DNA of 64,000 nucleotides from Dimorphilus gyrociliatus (Eukaryota; Animalia; Annelida): NCBI GenBank assembly GCA_904063045.1, contig CAJFCJ010000012.1, positions 806,001 to 870,000 of the forward strand, read 5' to 3'. Shown piece by piece: positions 27,701 to 40,500 of this stretch (position 1 is its first letter; each line of letters starts with the position of its first letter). The notes under the pieces were generated by a model. It saw only the letters and a program-made list of their open reading frames with translations, ran no database searches and was not told where the DNA came from. The position numbers and the translations under genes were made by a program.

Positions 27701-30700
27701 CCTGTTTTCGTATCTTGATGAGTAAATTGTGGAATATCCAAAACAGACTTTAGGACAGCGTCTTTGACGGTTAGTTCTTTCTTGTTCAAAGTATCTTTTA
27801 TACCACCAGCTGACGTATCCATACAAGAATCAAGAAGTCTCAAGCCGGAAATACGATTTTTCAATTTTTTTGATTCAATCTTTGGGTTAATTATTCTTTG
27901 CCTATAATGAAAAACACACTTGAAATATTTACACTATATAAATAAAATTAACTCACTTCGAAGGAGAATTGATAACATCTTCAAGAGAATATCTTCTCCC
28001 ATCTAAATAAATTCCATCTTCAACTGAAGCAACTGAGCAAATCATTCCGTCAGATAAACGTTCGAAATAGACACATTCTGGTGAATTAGATCTCAAATCT
28101 ACATTTGCCAAACATCGTTTTTCAACTGCATTCAATATTTCAGAACTAGCTTTATAGTCAACCAAATTTTCAACAGCAGCTTCTACAAGAGTAAGTTTCT
28201 TTCCTTTTTCAGTATCTTCAACAGAAACTTCGTCTAAATGCAGAATTTCACTAGTAATCGCTTCCCGTATTGTTTTTGATTGACCTTTTTTTGTATCTCT
28301 AACTTTGCCTGAGTTTGCATTAAAATTTCCATCTTCTTTTAGAATTTCCAAAGCGATACGACTTGGATTATTTGATTCCAGGGCCTATTTATTTATAAAT
28401 AATACAAGATTAGTTGTTATTTAAGTAGGAAATGAGATTACGTATGTTTAAATAGTAGAAAGATACGAACCTGTAATAAATCAGCATTTAAGGTTGGGCT
28501 TAGTTTTAGTACAAAAGCCTCTGGATCATTAACAATCCGAGCCTTAACATTTCCCTTTACTATGGCTTCGGATAAGGGAAGGAATTCATTACTTAAACTA
28601 TCAATGTATTGAAGTTCATCATTAAACAATCCCGAGTCAATAGCTTCTTTTAAACTTATCCAACAATTGCGAGTTGGATCAAACACTTTAAGTATTTCAA
28701 TATATTTTTCAACAACATCATCAGCTACATCTGGAGCATCAGCTTCGTCAAGCCGCTCTCTAGTTTTTGTTGAAAGGACTTGAATAAGATTTTGATCAAT
28801 TGCGGAAGAAATTGACATTTTCTTTCCAGTTTTTAAATTTAAATATTCAGATGTTTCTTTATTGATAATTTTCCTCCTAACCGATTCTTCCAATGGAATT
28901 TTTTCATTTTTCGACGTATCAGTAACAGACAAAACTGTATAATCTATAATTTCGGTAGTTGTCGTCAGAGTAATTACACAATTATCATTCTGTGTCACTT
29001 CCGTTTGAGAATCAGTAAATTCAGCAATGATTAAGCCTCGATCCATAGCTTCAGGTATTGGAATGTTCATATTTGTCATAAAGTCAACATAGACTCCGTG
29101 TATTTGATTAATAACTCCCTTATTCAATGCTTCGTGCATTGATATTCTTTGCTTAGTTCTTGGATGAATAACGCCGACAATTATAAAATGTTTAGTTTCT
29201 TTAATTGTTTGCTGATTGATCTTTTCACTTTCTTTTCCTTCGCTTTCTGATTCGATAGGTTCATCTTCTTCTTCCGGTGGAGTCTCAAAATTTGGTGCTC
29301 TCTCCGACAGAGTTAAAAGGCAGTGTTTATCAGCGTCAGGAATTCTTAAAGAATTTTTAGACAATATAAATTATTTATTAATTATCATAATTTAGTTATC
29401 TTACTGCTGTACATAAGCTTTAGCAACATATTTCGCTTCAATAGGACCTTGTTCGTAAGCTGATCTTTCGTTATCTTTAATAAGAAATTTCTTATCGTCC
29501 GAATAGGCTTTAAGATCCTAAACAAAAGACAACCAATAATCAACAAGAAAATTTTTAATATAATATCTCTGAAAGAACTAACCCTCATACATTTTAGAAC
29601 TTTTGCTAAATCTTCAAAATCATTTTTTAACTTCATATTTGCTTTGTTATTTGCTGAATCATATAATTAGTTCATAATCAATTAACAGACATGTTCATTT
29701 TTTTACACATAAAAGAAATAAAGAAAAGCTGATTAAATAAAAAAATTATCTACCATTAGTAGGTTTTTTATTATTATTTTTACTGTTTTGCCTCCAAGTT
29801 TTACATTCTCTTTTAATATTATCATAGGGTTTAGATTGTTTCACTGGCCTAAGTACTTCTTCCATGTCATTTAAGTAACCAAAAACTTTTCCCTTGAATT
29901 TTTCATCAACTAGCAATTTTGCCTGAAAGATGAAAGGAAAGATAAATTTTTCTATATGTGCCGTACATATCGCCTGCTTTATTAAGTTCAAAGAAAATTA
30001 ATTATTTACCTCAGTTGCTGGATGAGATTTGAAAAAATCTATGCAATTTTCTGTAAGCTGATCTTGTAATGATTTTATAGAAGTTTTCCACAAAGAACGT
30101 AATTGATCATTTGTTCTTTTAGATAAATCAACTGCACTCTTATTTGGAGCTGGAATTAATATAATAAGCGAAGGAACAATAGCAACGACGCCATTTTCCT
30201 TTCTTATTTTCCATTTTTCTCCAGTATTATCTTCAATCATTACATACTCATTTTCAGCCAATTTTATCTAGCAGCAGGGTAAAGAGAGGAATTTAATATA
30301 TTTTACAAAAGAATGAGATCAAATTTACATCATCTTTTTCGTAATCTATTAAAGCCATAGCCGGAATAGGTTGTTCAAGTTTACGTTGTCTTGCATGAAC
30401 AGGAACGAGATTAGAAACTTTATGTCTCATATCGTTAACACGTATTTGCAAGTTTAGGAGGAGTTTAGTAACTTCTCTAATCCTGGAACCTAATTCTTCA
30501 AGAGATTCTTTTCTTTTTGAGCTTGATGAGTTTTTTTGCAAATGAGCGATAAGGGTGTTAAACCCATGATGAATATGATGTAATTCGTGATAAAACTATT
30601 TGAATAGTAAAGTTAACAGTTTAGCGTTTCTATTACATTTCAATCTACTCTAATAAAGATATTTACTTGGTGAAAATAGGCATTATTGCTCAAATGAATT

Positions 30701-31207
30701 TGTAAACAATAGTTTAACCTGCAGAGCCAATCCCAAGACTCACGAACTCCAAAAATACAATTCTAAAAATTAAAAGAACGGTAGGCGAAAATAGATTTGG
30801 AAGGGAAAAGTATTTAATTATTTATTAACGCTAATTAAAAACCGTACGTTTAATAGACAATCTAAGGTGGAAGATTCAACGGCAGCACCATCTGATATAA
30901 AACCTGCAGGAAACGTCTCAGGGGATAATTGAATTGCAGTTTCATCTAAACTCGTAGATAAAGTCTGTAAAAAATGTTACAATATTGGAATGAATATGAT
31001 ACATAAAAGCCTTATCTTATCACTAAATAATATATAATAGTTGTAATAACATTGAAAAGATAAGAATCTCTTGCATAATTATATAAATATCAAAGAGTTA
31101 GCGAAGAAAAAACCTGTTCAAAAATCATATTAACCTGAATTTTCTGTTCGTAAGAGGTAATTTGGCAAAGAGCGTTCATACAATCCATTTTCTTTTGGCG
31201 AATATTC
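13228..31207 (-). CDS. shot: Spectraplakin (short stop / MACF1 / dystonin family): partial plakin domain with SH3, plectin (plakin) repeats, spectrin repeats, 2 EF-hands, GAR domain, Ser/Gly-rich tail
   Basis: Plakin SR segment [27 protein letters not shown]; SH3 (ALIDYEKDD|[31 protein letters not shown]) at about 30.0-30.4 kb; plectin repeats ([43 protein letters not shown]) at 26.8-29.3 kb; spectrin repeats at 15.5-26.7 kb; EF-hands ([28 protein letters not shown]); GAR domain ([26 protein letters not shown], about 14180-14290). About 35 exons join in phase. Confidence 0.95.
16377..18169 (-). CDS. Putative alternative first exons of a short spectraplakin isoform (acidic disordered N-terminus)
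   Basis: ATG exon 18169-18076 ([36 protein letters not shown] donor, phase 1) joins a phase-1 acceptor at 17272. From there about 160 acidic/Asn-rich codons read straight into the spectrin repeat [12 protein letters not shown]. The long isoform can splice 19093 directly to an AG at about 16787, bypassing this segment. Confidence 0.6.
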
Positions 31208-32896
31208 TGTGTAACATACAGAAAGAATCAATGTTAGAAACTGTCAAGTTCAAGGTTACAATCAACAGAAGTATTTTTCATTACTTTTTCACATGAATAA
31301 AAACCTTCTCTATCATGGTTTTAAAGGACAAATAGGATCGCGTAAAATAGTAGAGATTAACTAAACACGGATTAATATATCCTATAAATCCTTATTATTG
31401 CCTTAAAACTAATATTTAAATAATTAGCTTAGAAAAACGTCAGTAAATGAATAAATATAAGCGATATTTAATATTTTGCTAAACTGTTTCTAATTCGTTA
31501 CAAATTTCAAAAGTAAGCCAAAATAATAAATCATGAAAAAGCAATAAATAATTAACATTTATAAACAAAGATAAATTAAAATAATGTCATTTAAGCCAAA
31601 GCTCTTCAAATTCTATAATAAAAAAGTATATTAAGTAAATTACAGAGATATTTTTGTGATTTATTTACTCCTACATACTCGTACTGTATGTATTGTATAT
31701 ATAAAGATATAGATTCTAACTCTCCCTTCCTCTCTCTCTCTCTCTCTCTTTTGTATAAATATAGATTTATTTTTAGACTGGTTTTCCATATTTATACTTT
31801 ATTTCTTTTATTTTACCATTTTTCAAACCGCAATTTTCACTTAATATAATAACTACAAATTATAAGGTTCTAATCATATCTTAGTTAATTATATATGTAA
31901 CAAAAAACTTATAAAGATATTGAAAGTTAACAAAAACTTAACTCAACTATTAAATGATTCAATTCAATTCGTACACAACCATTCAAAATAACCGATTCAA
32001 ACTAGTTCAATTACTCTATTACACAATAATAAGCTACAAGTTAACCGACGCGGGGGTTCAGCTTTTTTTTTCCTTTCCATACAGTCTTAAGCCCGTACCT
32101 TCATTTTTTTTTCATATTTGTTCCACGTCAAATAGTTTTTAAGTTGAATTATGGAAAAATTTCAAATAAAGCTTTTTTTTATATATAAAAAAATCTATTT
32201 TTAAACTAGACGTATTCTATTTCCATATATTTCTATTAAACGGTAAAAATTCTTACGTTTTCTCTCCTAAAAAGAAATTCCAATTAATCAAAGGTTTCTC
32301 TATATTCGATGCTTTTTTAGTTGATCTAATCTTTCTAAAATCACTTCTCCAATACTATTGATCGGTTCGAGTTTGGTAAGTCAATTGAAAGCTCATTAGT
32401 CTTTTATTGGCTAGGTTTGCTCTATTAATTTAATTATATAATTTCTCAAACTTATTAGTCTTCCTCATATACAATATGTAGGCTTAGAGTTATTATTTGC
32501 TTAATAAACTCAAATAGGACTTAAATTCAAAGGCACCTACGCTGACGGAAGTAAGTATTTGACAAACAACCTCAACTTCCATTAATATTCATAAAGTTAT
32601 ATATATATATATAAATTATATATATATTTTAGATTTTATTAATAGTACTACCTACTCAAAATCTTTCCGGTAGACAAAAATTAGGCCTACATTTCAGACA
32701 AAGAGAAATTGTAGCCTATTCATCCACCAACGGAACATACTCATAAGGACATTTTTGTGAGAATAACTGTGATATGAGTAAGTTAAAACATTCAACACTT
32801 TTTTTACACACAGAGGGAAAATCAATAATTCAGGTACATGATGAAAACAACGCACCTGTTCCCTTCAAAAATAAGAAATTAAAATGACTATTTACT

Positions 32897-33135
32897 TGGT
32901 TATTACTGTACTGATCCTAATGTAGAAAAGTTGACGGGTAAATAGGGTAGTTCAGTTAAGTAATATCCAAAAAATTCAACTGAAAACTTTCGGTTTCTTC
33001 AAAGCGACATGTGATTAAGGAGAATAGTCCTATCCGATCACATGATCGTATAAAAAAATTACCAAATATGGCTTTGTGTACCGCCGGTCATTGGTCAGAT
33101 AGAATCACGTGACAGTATGCACGGGAATTCCCAAT
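32897..33135 (-). promoter_or_regulatory. Probable promoter and 5'UTR exon of the spectraplakin-like gene
   Basis: GC-richer island with E-boxes (CATGTG, CACATG, ATCACGTGAC) and an ATTGG box, followed on the minus strand by a GTAAAT donor at about 32896. Confidence 0.4.
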
Positions 33136-33199
33136 TTACTAATGAATATTTATAGACCACAACTGTCACGGAAAATATATTAATAACAAGAGAATTTTT

Positions 33200-35450
33200 T
33201 ACGATTAGATAAGAATTCATACGCCTTAAATTAACTTATAGAAAGGCACGTTTTTAACATTATTCTGTTTATAAATTTCTTCTAAATTTCCATTAAAACC
33301 ATATGTTTTTTTTTAAGTTTCTTTATAAAGTTAAAAGTTGTTTATGTCTTTTCTTTTATCTCGAATATTGTGTATACATATATATTACATTATACTAAGA
33401 AAAGAACAATGATATATATTAAGAAGAGAAAGAGAGTATTATACAAGAAATAAATACTTAAAAACTAATTTACCCCTATTTATTATCAATATTCTCTTTT
33501 TGTAAATTTATGTTATCCATTCCGTAAACAATACAAAAATGAATGAAAGGCGGTAAGGTAGGAGAGGGGGCGAGTTTGTGGGAGGGGATAGGGAGGGGAT
33601 AATTATTTATTGAATAAAACATATTCTAGATTTAAAGAACGATAGAACATATCGAATGGAGTGAAAAGAGAGAAAAAAAAACAAACTTTAATGGTAGGAT
33701 GACAGGGCTTAAGCATGAACTCCTTTAAATATATTATTTGTTCTTGAACAGATTTTAGAGGATATCCTTTATGTTTCTCCATGATTTCCTGAAATATTTA
33801 CACTGTAAATATTTTCTATAAGATAGAAACCTTTTATTGAATTAAATATATATCTATATTGTGTATAATAATAATAAAACTAGTGTTTCATTTGTAGAGA
33901 AATTTCATTAAATAATACAACAAAAAAAATAAAATAAAGGAGAATTATAGAAATTAAAAAGAAGAGAAGAGAAGGGAAGAAAAGATATCAATTAGATATA
34001 AATGAAAAAATAAAGAGTATTGTTCAGATTTCTGTTATCGTGTTGATTCTACAATTCTAAAACAGTTATAATTTAAAGGATTCTTTTATTTATTTAATCA
34101 AAAAAGAATAATAATAAAAACAGTAATATAAATGAAAGAAAGAGAGAGAGAAAGTGAGAAATAGAATAATAGCCTATTATATGTTTTTCTTTTATGATAA
34201 ATTCAAATCAATTCATGTTTATTTTGACTTGAAATAAATTTCTTTTCTTTTTTTCTTTCTTTCTCTCATTCTATCTCACTTTTTAATATATTTTCAGCGT
34301 ATTAACTATTTATCCTTCTTTCCCCGTTATATGTATGATTTATACGTTCATATCTAAATATATCTTTCTCTTTTTTATTATCTCTTGCTACTTGACTAGT
34401 TATTCATGCATTTCACACTTTTTAACTTCTTATCATTACATTAATTATGAATCTACGCCCACTACTATATTTTAATAAAATTTAGTTTACAAAATATTCA
34501 TCCCTGTCATTAATGCAATATAATTATAATTGTACACTTAAAAACCACATATAAATCTCCAATGTAAACGTCTTGTTAGAGAAACTATTATGCCTATATT
34601 AGTAATTTTAAAACTAGATACTGATAAAATAAATATATCATACTAATACTAACCAATTGTAAATTTATATCATTCAAAGTCATGCGTTTTACTGTTGAAT
34701 CGTCCATTTTTGCTTTCATTTGAAAAATTTCCAGTTAAAAAGAAAGAATCTTTTCGTTAAAAAAAAAAAAGTTATAAAATTTCTTTTTTAAGCAGAAAGA
34801 AAAAGAAATTCGCATGGGAATATTCTCTCGGAGCACCGGTAGTTATCTAAAAAAAAAACCACTAACAAAACTCGACAATAAAAGTATTTATAGTAGGGTA
34901 GGACAGCGCTTAAACATGCATTAAAAGCGCCCTCCATTTTTATCAAAGGACATATCCATTAAATAATCTCGATAAAATTTACATTTATATGAATATATTT
35001 CATTATTACATTACATAAATAATTGTAATAATTCATAGTATAGTATTGACTAAGATAAGTAGAATGTAATCTTTACCAACCTCTTGAATATTTCTAATTA
35101 GTTTCCCAGACTTTTATAAGTAGTGAAATATTTTGTTCAGTAAAAGAAGGGCATATTTTATTGTTAGACCATATACAAAGAAAACAGTAATTTTATAATA
35201 GGCTTTTAAAACTATATATATATATATATATATATGTACAATATATTGTTTATAAGTTTATAGCTTATATTGTATATTTTTATATTATACAAGTTCTATT
35301 AACAACTGCATTTATTACACAAAACATCTTTAAAACTATTTTTTTCACCTTTTTTTTAAAGAAAAAAGTTTGAAATATGTTGAAAATTGTCGAAAAATCT
35401 GTTATTTTATTATTTTCCTTATTTACAAGCAAACAATCTTTCAATTCGAC
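33200..35450. other. Very AT-rich low-complexity intergenic spacer
   Basis: Poly-A/T, (AT)n and (GA)n tracts; no ORF of 60 aa or more in the track. Confidence 0.7.
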
Positions 35451-35767
35451 AATAATTCGGCTTATATTTAGGCCTACGTAACGATTGACTATCGAACAAA
35501 GCAGGTTTACTTCATTATTTGGCTATTAATTTAGTGCTCATTATTTTTTTTCTTTTAAAAAAATCGTTCTATTTTTTCAGGTTATTATTAAAATACAGTA
35601 CTTATATAGAAGCAATTATCGTTTAATAAGTTCCCTCTTTCTGCTTCTGCTAAGTAGACTACATAGTATACACTTTACGTCTTAAATACGTTGGGTAATT
35701 TTATTGTAGAATAGATGGCGGCACATGTCAGATTTAATAAAGTGCTTAGTACGATAGACGTCTATTT

Positions 35768-36208
35768 TTATTGTTTCGAGTCGGGAGTTGCTCTAATAGA
35801 ACAGCAAAGTACAGCATGGTAGACATAACGTGGTGGGTTTGGGCAGAATGTTTCATTCTCGCAGTCATTATTTACTCCTGATCCACACATTCCAGCAACG
35901 ATCTATAGAAAGAATTATATCAATTTATATTTATTGGAATGTATATTACGTAATATCAACCTCGTTATTATTACACCTCAAATAATCCCCATAATCTCCA
36001 CACAACCAACGACATCTACGGTGCTGAATACCCTATTTTTTCACATAGACATAAATAAAAGTAATTGTTAAAATATGTTACATATTTACAATAGTAATTA
36101 TTAAGCTAATTAATATCTTACATAGGTTCCTGGCGGTAGATTTTCGAAGGAGCAGAAGGCAGTTGAAAAGATGGAAAAAAAACAGAGAAATAGCATTAAT
36201 TTGCTCAT
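35768..36208 (-). CDS. Small secreted 8-cysteine protein, copy B (3 exons, 97 aa)
   Basis: MSKLMLFLCFFSIFSTAFCSFENLPPGTY (36208-36122) | GIQHRRCRWLCGDYGDYLRCNNNE | IVAGMCGSGVNNDCENETFCPNPPRYVYHAVLCCSIRATPDSKQ*. Phase-0 GT-AG introns. Confidence 0.88.
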
Positions 36209-36372
36209 TTTCGAGGAAAAAGGTATTCTCAAGTACAGCAATTATTCGGTTGGTTAGAAAATGTTTATTTTTACGTTATCTTTTAAGTAAAGTATGCTCA
36301 TTCTCACCAAAAAAAATGTTGATAATAAGTAAAAAAAGCTTCAAATTATTCGGCCATATTGCGTAAAAAACA

Positions 36373-36836
36373 ATGAAGATTTTATTGAATATTCTTTTTC
36401 TTACCCTTTTCTTACTCTGTAGAGAGTTTGAATGCAACGAAAATACTTACGTAAGAAATTCTATTACGGTTTTTGTGTGTATTAATCAATGATATTATAA
36501 ACAGAGAATTTCCCATGACGACTGCAGATGGATTTGCGACAGCTATGGAAAGTTTATTCAATGTAGACCCAATGAAATAGCTACTGGATCATGTGGCTCT
36601 TCAGATAGGTATGTATGTTTTAATGGAAGTGGCATATAACGTCCCCGCCAAACTTAGATACAAATATATAAACTTTTACATAACTATACAATACTGTAAA
36701 AATTCGCTCCCTTTCTATTATATTTTGTTCGTTTTCATACAGTTACGACTGCAACGATGAAATAAAATGCGATAATAACGAAGATCGTATATATCAATCC
36801 GTCAGATGCTGCACATTGAAAGTTACAAAGAATTGA
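36373..36836 (+). CDS. Small secreted 8-cysteine protein, copy C (3 exons)
   Basis: MKILLNILFLTLFLLCREFECNENTY | RISHDDCRWICDSYGKFIQCRPNEIATGSCGSSDS | YDCNDEIKCDNNEDRIYQSVRCCTLKVTKN*. GT-AG introns; divergent from copy B with 164 bp between the start codons. Confidence 0.88.
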
Positions 36837-37339
36837 ATCGATTTTAAATAAAAGCCCTTTATTACTTTGCAAATGTTCCAACTTTGTATTTGCATAATTA
36901 CTAGATACGTCAGTAGATGACGCTAGTGTATCAATAATTTTTTCTATTTTATGACTAGTTACAGTCACTGTGGAAATACAGTGTGGCACAAAAAGCCAAA
37001 TACCCTTAACTATTGGCGTCCCCTATTGGTATAATAAGTGAACTAGACAAATCTAAAATCAAAGTAAAGACTAAGAAAACTAAGAGAATTGAATTAACTC
37101 TTGGCGCATGCAATTTTGTTGTATCTTTTGATGTTTGGCCGAAAGTCTTTCCGATATAAAAACAAAGAGAAAAGTGCACCATTTTCTCTCGTATAATCTT
37201 TAGAGTGTAAGAAACCAAAAAAAAACGCGAAAAGTACTAGAAATTTGAGGAAAAATATCACTATCGACGTTAAAAACTCTCGAAAAATTACCATAATTAA
37301 TTAAAAAGGTAGAATTATTGAGGTGATAAAATTTTACTA

Positions 37340-37420
37340 CATAGGCGGAGCTTAAATAAAGTAGGAACGAAAAGTTATCCGGCCAATAAGCAATTGGCTC
37401 TTGTGCACTTTGTAGCGGAC
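37340..37420. promoter_or_regulatory. Proximal promoter of anosmin-like A
   Basis: GGCGGAG GC-box-like element, TTAAATAAA TATA-like element, and CCAAT plus ATTGG boxes 100-170 bp upstream of the ATG at 37516. Confidence 0.5.
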
Positions 37421-37515
37421 CTTTCAACAGGCATGAGAAAAGTTGGCCGTATATAAATCGAATTCTTCTTATGAATCTCAACTTGTGAAATATTAATAGG
37501 AATGAAGAAGAAAAT

Positions 37516-40500
37516 ATGAATAATCTCTGCTTTCTAATACTTTTAACCTTTTTTTGTAACTTTTTAACCATAAATTCTTCAAGTTTAATATATTTACTAA
37601 CGGCAAGATGTAGAATCAATTGTCTGTCAGATTACTACGATAAAGTAAAGGTAAGACTATTTTTTTTCTATTTTTATACTTTATCCCAATTCTTTTCTTT
37701 TCCCTTGTTTATTAGTTCAGTTATATAAGATTGTGCAAAATGTAAACAAATCACACCTGTACATTTAAAAGTTACAATAGAGCAGATTGAATTTAATACG
37801 CGATGGCATTGCGCAACATCTTAAATTAGCATTTTAGTTAGTGTGTCCGAAATCGTATATTGAATAAATAAACGGTTGACAAATAAGTGTTTAAAAATGC
37901 CTGACGGTCTCGAGTGTTTTGAATAAATTTCTTTTATTATTTTGTTGATTTTTTAAGTAAAAAAGAAATGGTAAAGGGAGGAGGGGAGGACGAAGAGAGG
38001 GAGGAGAAAAAAGACAGTAAGTGAGCAAGAGAATAGAAAAAGTATATAGGCGGGTGGTTGTTTGAGTATGTATCAGCTTGTGTGGAAGAAGGGCGCCAAA
38101 ATACTATTTTACCTTACTAACAAACTTTTAGTCATGTGATACCTTTGATGAAACCTAATTAACTAGAGATTTTTCTAACATATCAACAAGTATCACTAAT
38201 AATAGAATCACACTATACTATTTTATCTTCAAGTACTTTTATATTTATTTATTTTGATTATTATTAAAATCTTGATTAATAAATATATATATATATATAT
38301 ATATAGGCTTATTATCTCTAGTTTATTTGATCTGTTTTTAAAAAAAAAAAGAAAATAAAAAGTAGTATTTGGCCAGAATCCTTTAAAAGATTTAATTAAT
38401 AGTTTCTTTCTATTCAAATAGTAATCTTTAGGAGTTGGTTACTTTTTGTATTGTAATAGAAGGCACCTTTGACCGTTCTTATAAAATAAAAGAAAGGAAT
38501 AAAGAAAGAATGGAATTATTTATATCCTAGGGACGTAGATGTCAGCACAAGAAAACTTCAAATTAAGGAATAAAACTCTTAAGATAATAAAAAAAGAATT
38601 CTTTCTCAATGCTTCTCTTTGCTTAATTAGCAAGAGATAAGGAGTTTATTATGTCACGTTCCAAGTCGATAATTTTCTATTCTTCCTTTTCATTTTCTTG
38701 CTGTCTTTGATCTGTCTCTAGCTGTATCGAACTGTTTGCCGTCGTAAACTAGCCAATTATTATTCATTGCATGCTGTTTCTTTTTACGGTGCAGTTGAGA
38801 GTAGATATTGTAAAAAAATAAGGGACGAAAGGCCCTAAAAGTATATAGAGTATATACAATACACGCCCGCATAGAGCTAAATAGTCTTGGCGTTACTTTC
38901 CCATAGATTCTATAACATTTTCCTATAAACAACTATCCCCAGTTTAATGAATTAGATTACAACTGGAAATAAAAGGGTAGAAGACGAGGAAAGCGTAAAT
39001 TATCTCAATGAAGCTAGAACTTGTGTTTCAAATATAAAAAAAAGAAGATGGTAGAAGTAACCTTCTTTATCTTCTAAGTTTCTTAACTTTTGTATTTGGA
39101 TGCTGTGTTTATTATGTTTTATTTCTACTTTTTTTTTATCATTTATTTACTTTGGTAAGTTTTGTTTCTCAAACACTTTACACACGTACAGCAGTCTAAT
39201 TTTCGTAATATCATACTTCTTATCGTGATTACACATTATATTTTATGTGAACAGTTTGCTTTTCCTTTGTCTTTTTGGCGTCTCTTTCCTCATTTTTGTT
39301 CTTTTTTTTTCAACATTTACATATTCCTGTTTCATTAGGGAATGTTATTGCTTAAATTAGTATTTTTTCTGAGCTTTTCTATGTTTATTAATTATTATCA
39401 ACTAAGCTTTCTCTTTTATAGTAAGAGCGTTTATATTAATATCTTAATTTGACACGACCCTACCTTCCGATCTCACTTAATTGTTTCGGGTACTGGCGAC
39501 ACCTATCGGTCCATCGTTTGCAGCTACTTTTCGTCTTTATACAAACTAAAACTAGCATAGACGTTGCTTCAAGGCCCGCTCGGCGCATGATTCCTAATTG
39601 TGTTGGCCTATTACTCTCAGGGACGTCAAGAAGCGGCCTTTTCTAAGAAGGTTTTAAAGAAGAAATTCTTTTAATCCCTTTATTAAATTTCTTAAATATG
39701 TCGCTAAAAATAAAAAAGAGTATAGCGTAAATAAATTAAATAAAAAAAATGTTAACTGATTTATAAAGCACTAAAACAAAGGATAGACAGACAAAGGGAG
39801 GGAAGAAGGGATGAGTGAATGAATGAATGAATGAATGAATGAAAAACGTATAGATAGATAGATAGATAGAAAGAAAGAAAAGAAAACAGAAAGTATAAAG
39901 AAAAAAACTATTATTTAAACAAACTCCGAGAATGATATAATATCATATTTAAATATTTATAAGGATATGATAAGAAATCCTTTTTTCTCTCAATAGATCT
40001 GAGTAATACCGACAATACTGTTATTGTTGAATAAAAATATAGCGAAAATGATAGGAAGAGCGTCAACTCATTAACGGTATTACGTAATCTGGAGAAAATC
40101 CCACTTATAAAATTGTAACAGTTTCTTTCTGAAATCTGTCATTACAAACTGTCTGGTATTTGATGGGTAGAAGAAATAAACACTTCCATCTCTTTGTATA
40201 TATATAAATAATACAAATATATGAATTACAAACATAACTTTTTATGGTTTCAAGAAATTTTTCTGTTCTACTCTATTGTTGCTTTTTTAAGATATATAAA
40301 CAATATCATCATCGAATGAACATCTTCAAAAAGCTCCATTAGAGGCCTATCTTTCCCTGGAAAATAGGCTTTTACGGTATAAAAGCCAAAAAATATCGCT
40401 TGAGTGTACTTGTTGAGGGTGTTGCGCAGCGACCTATTCTATAGGCCTAGAGTCTAATGGCCTATTATCCGCCCTGTCTTTCATCATTTGCGTTAGGTAA

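Noticed and set aside
38690-39646. Intronic ORFs in anosmin-like A intron 1
   Set aside because: No domain, no consistent splice context, and lengths expected by chance.
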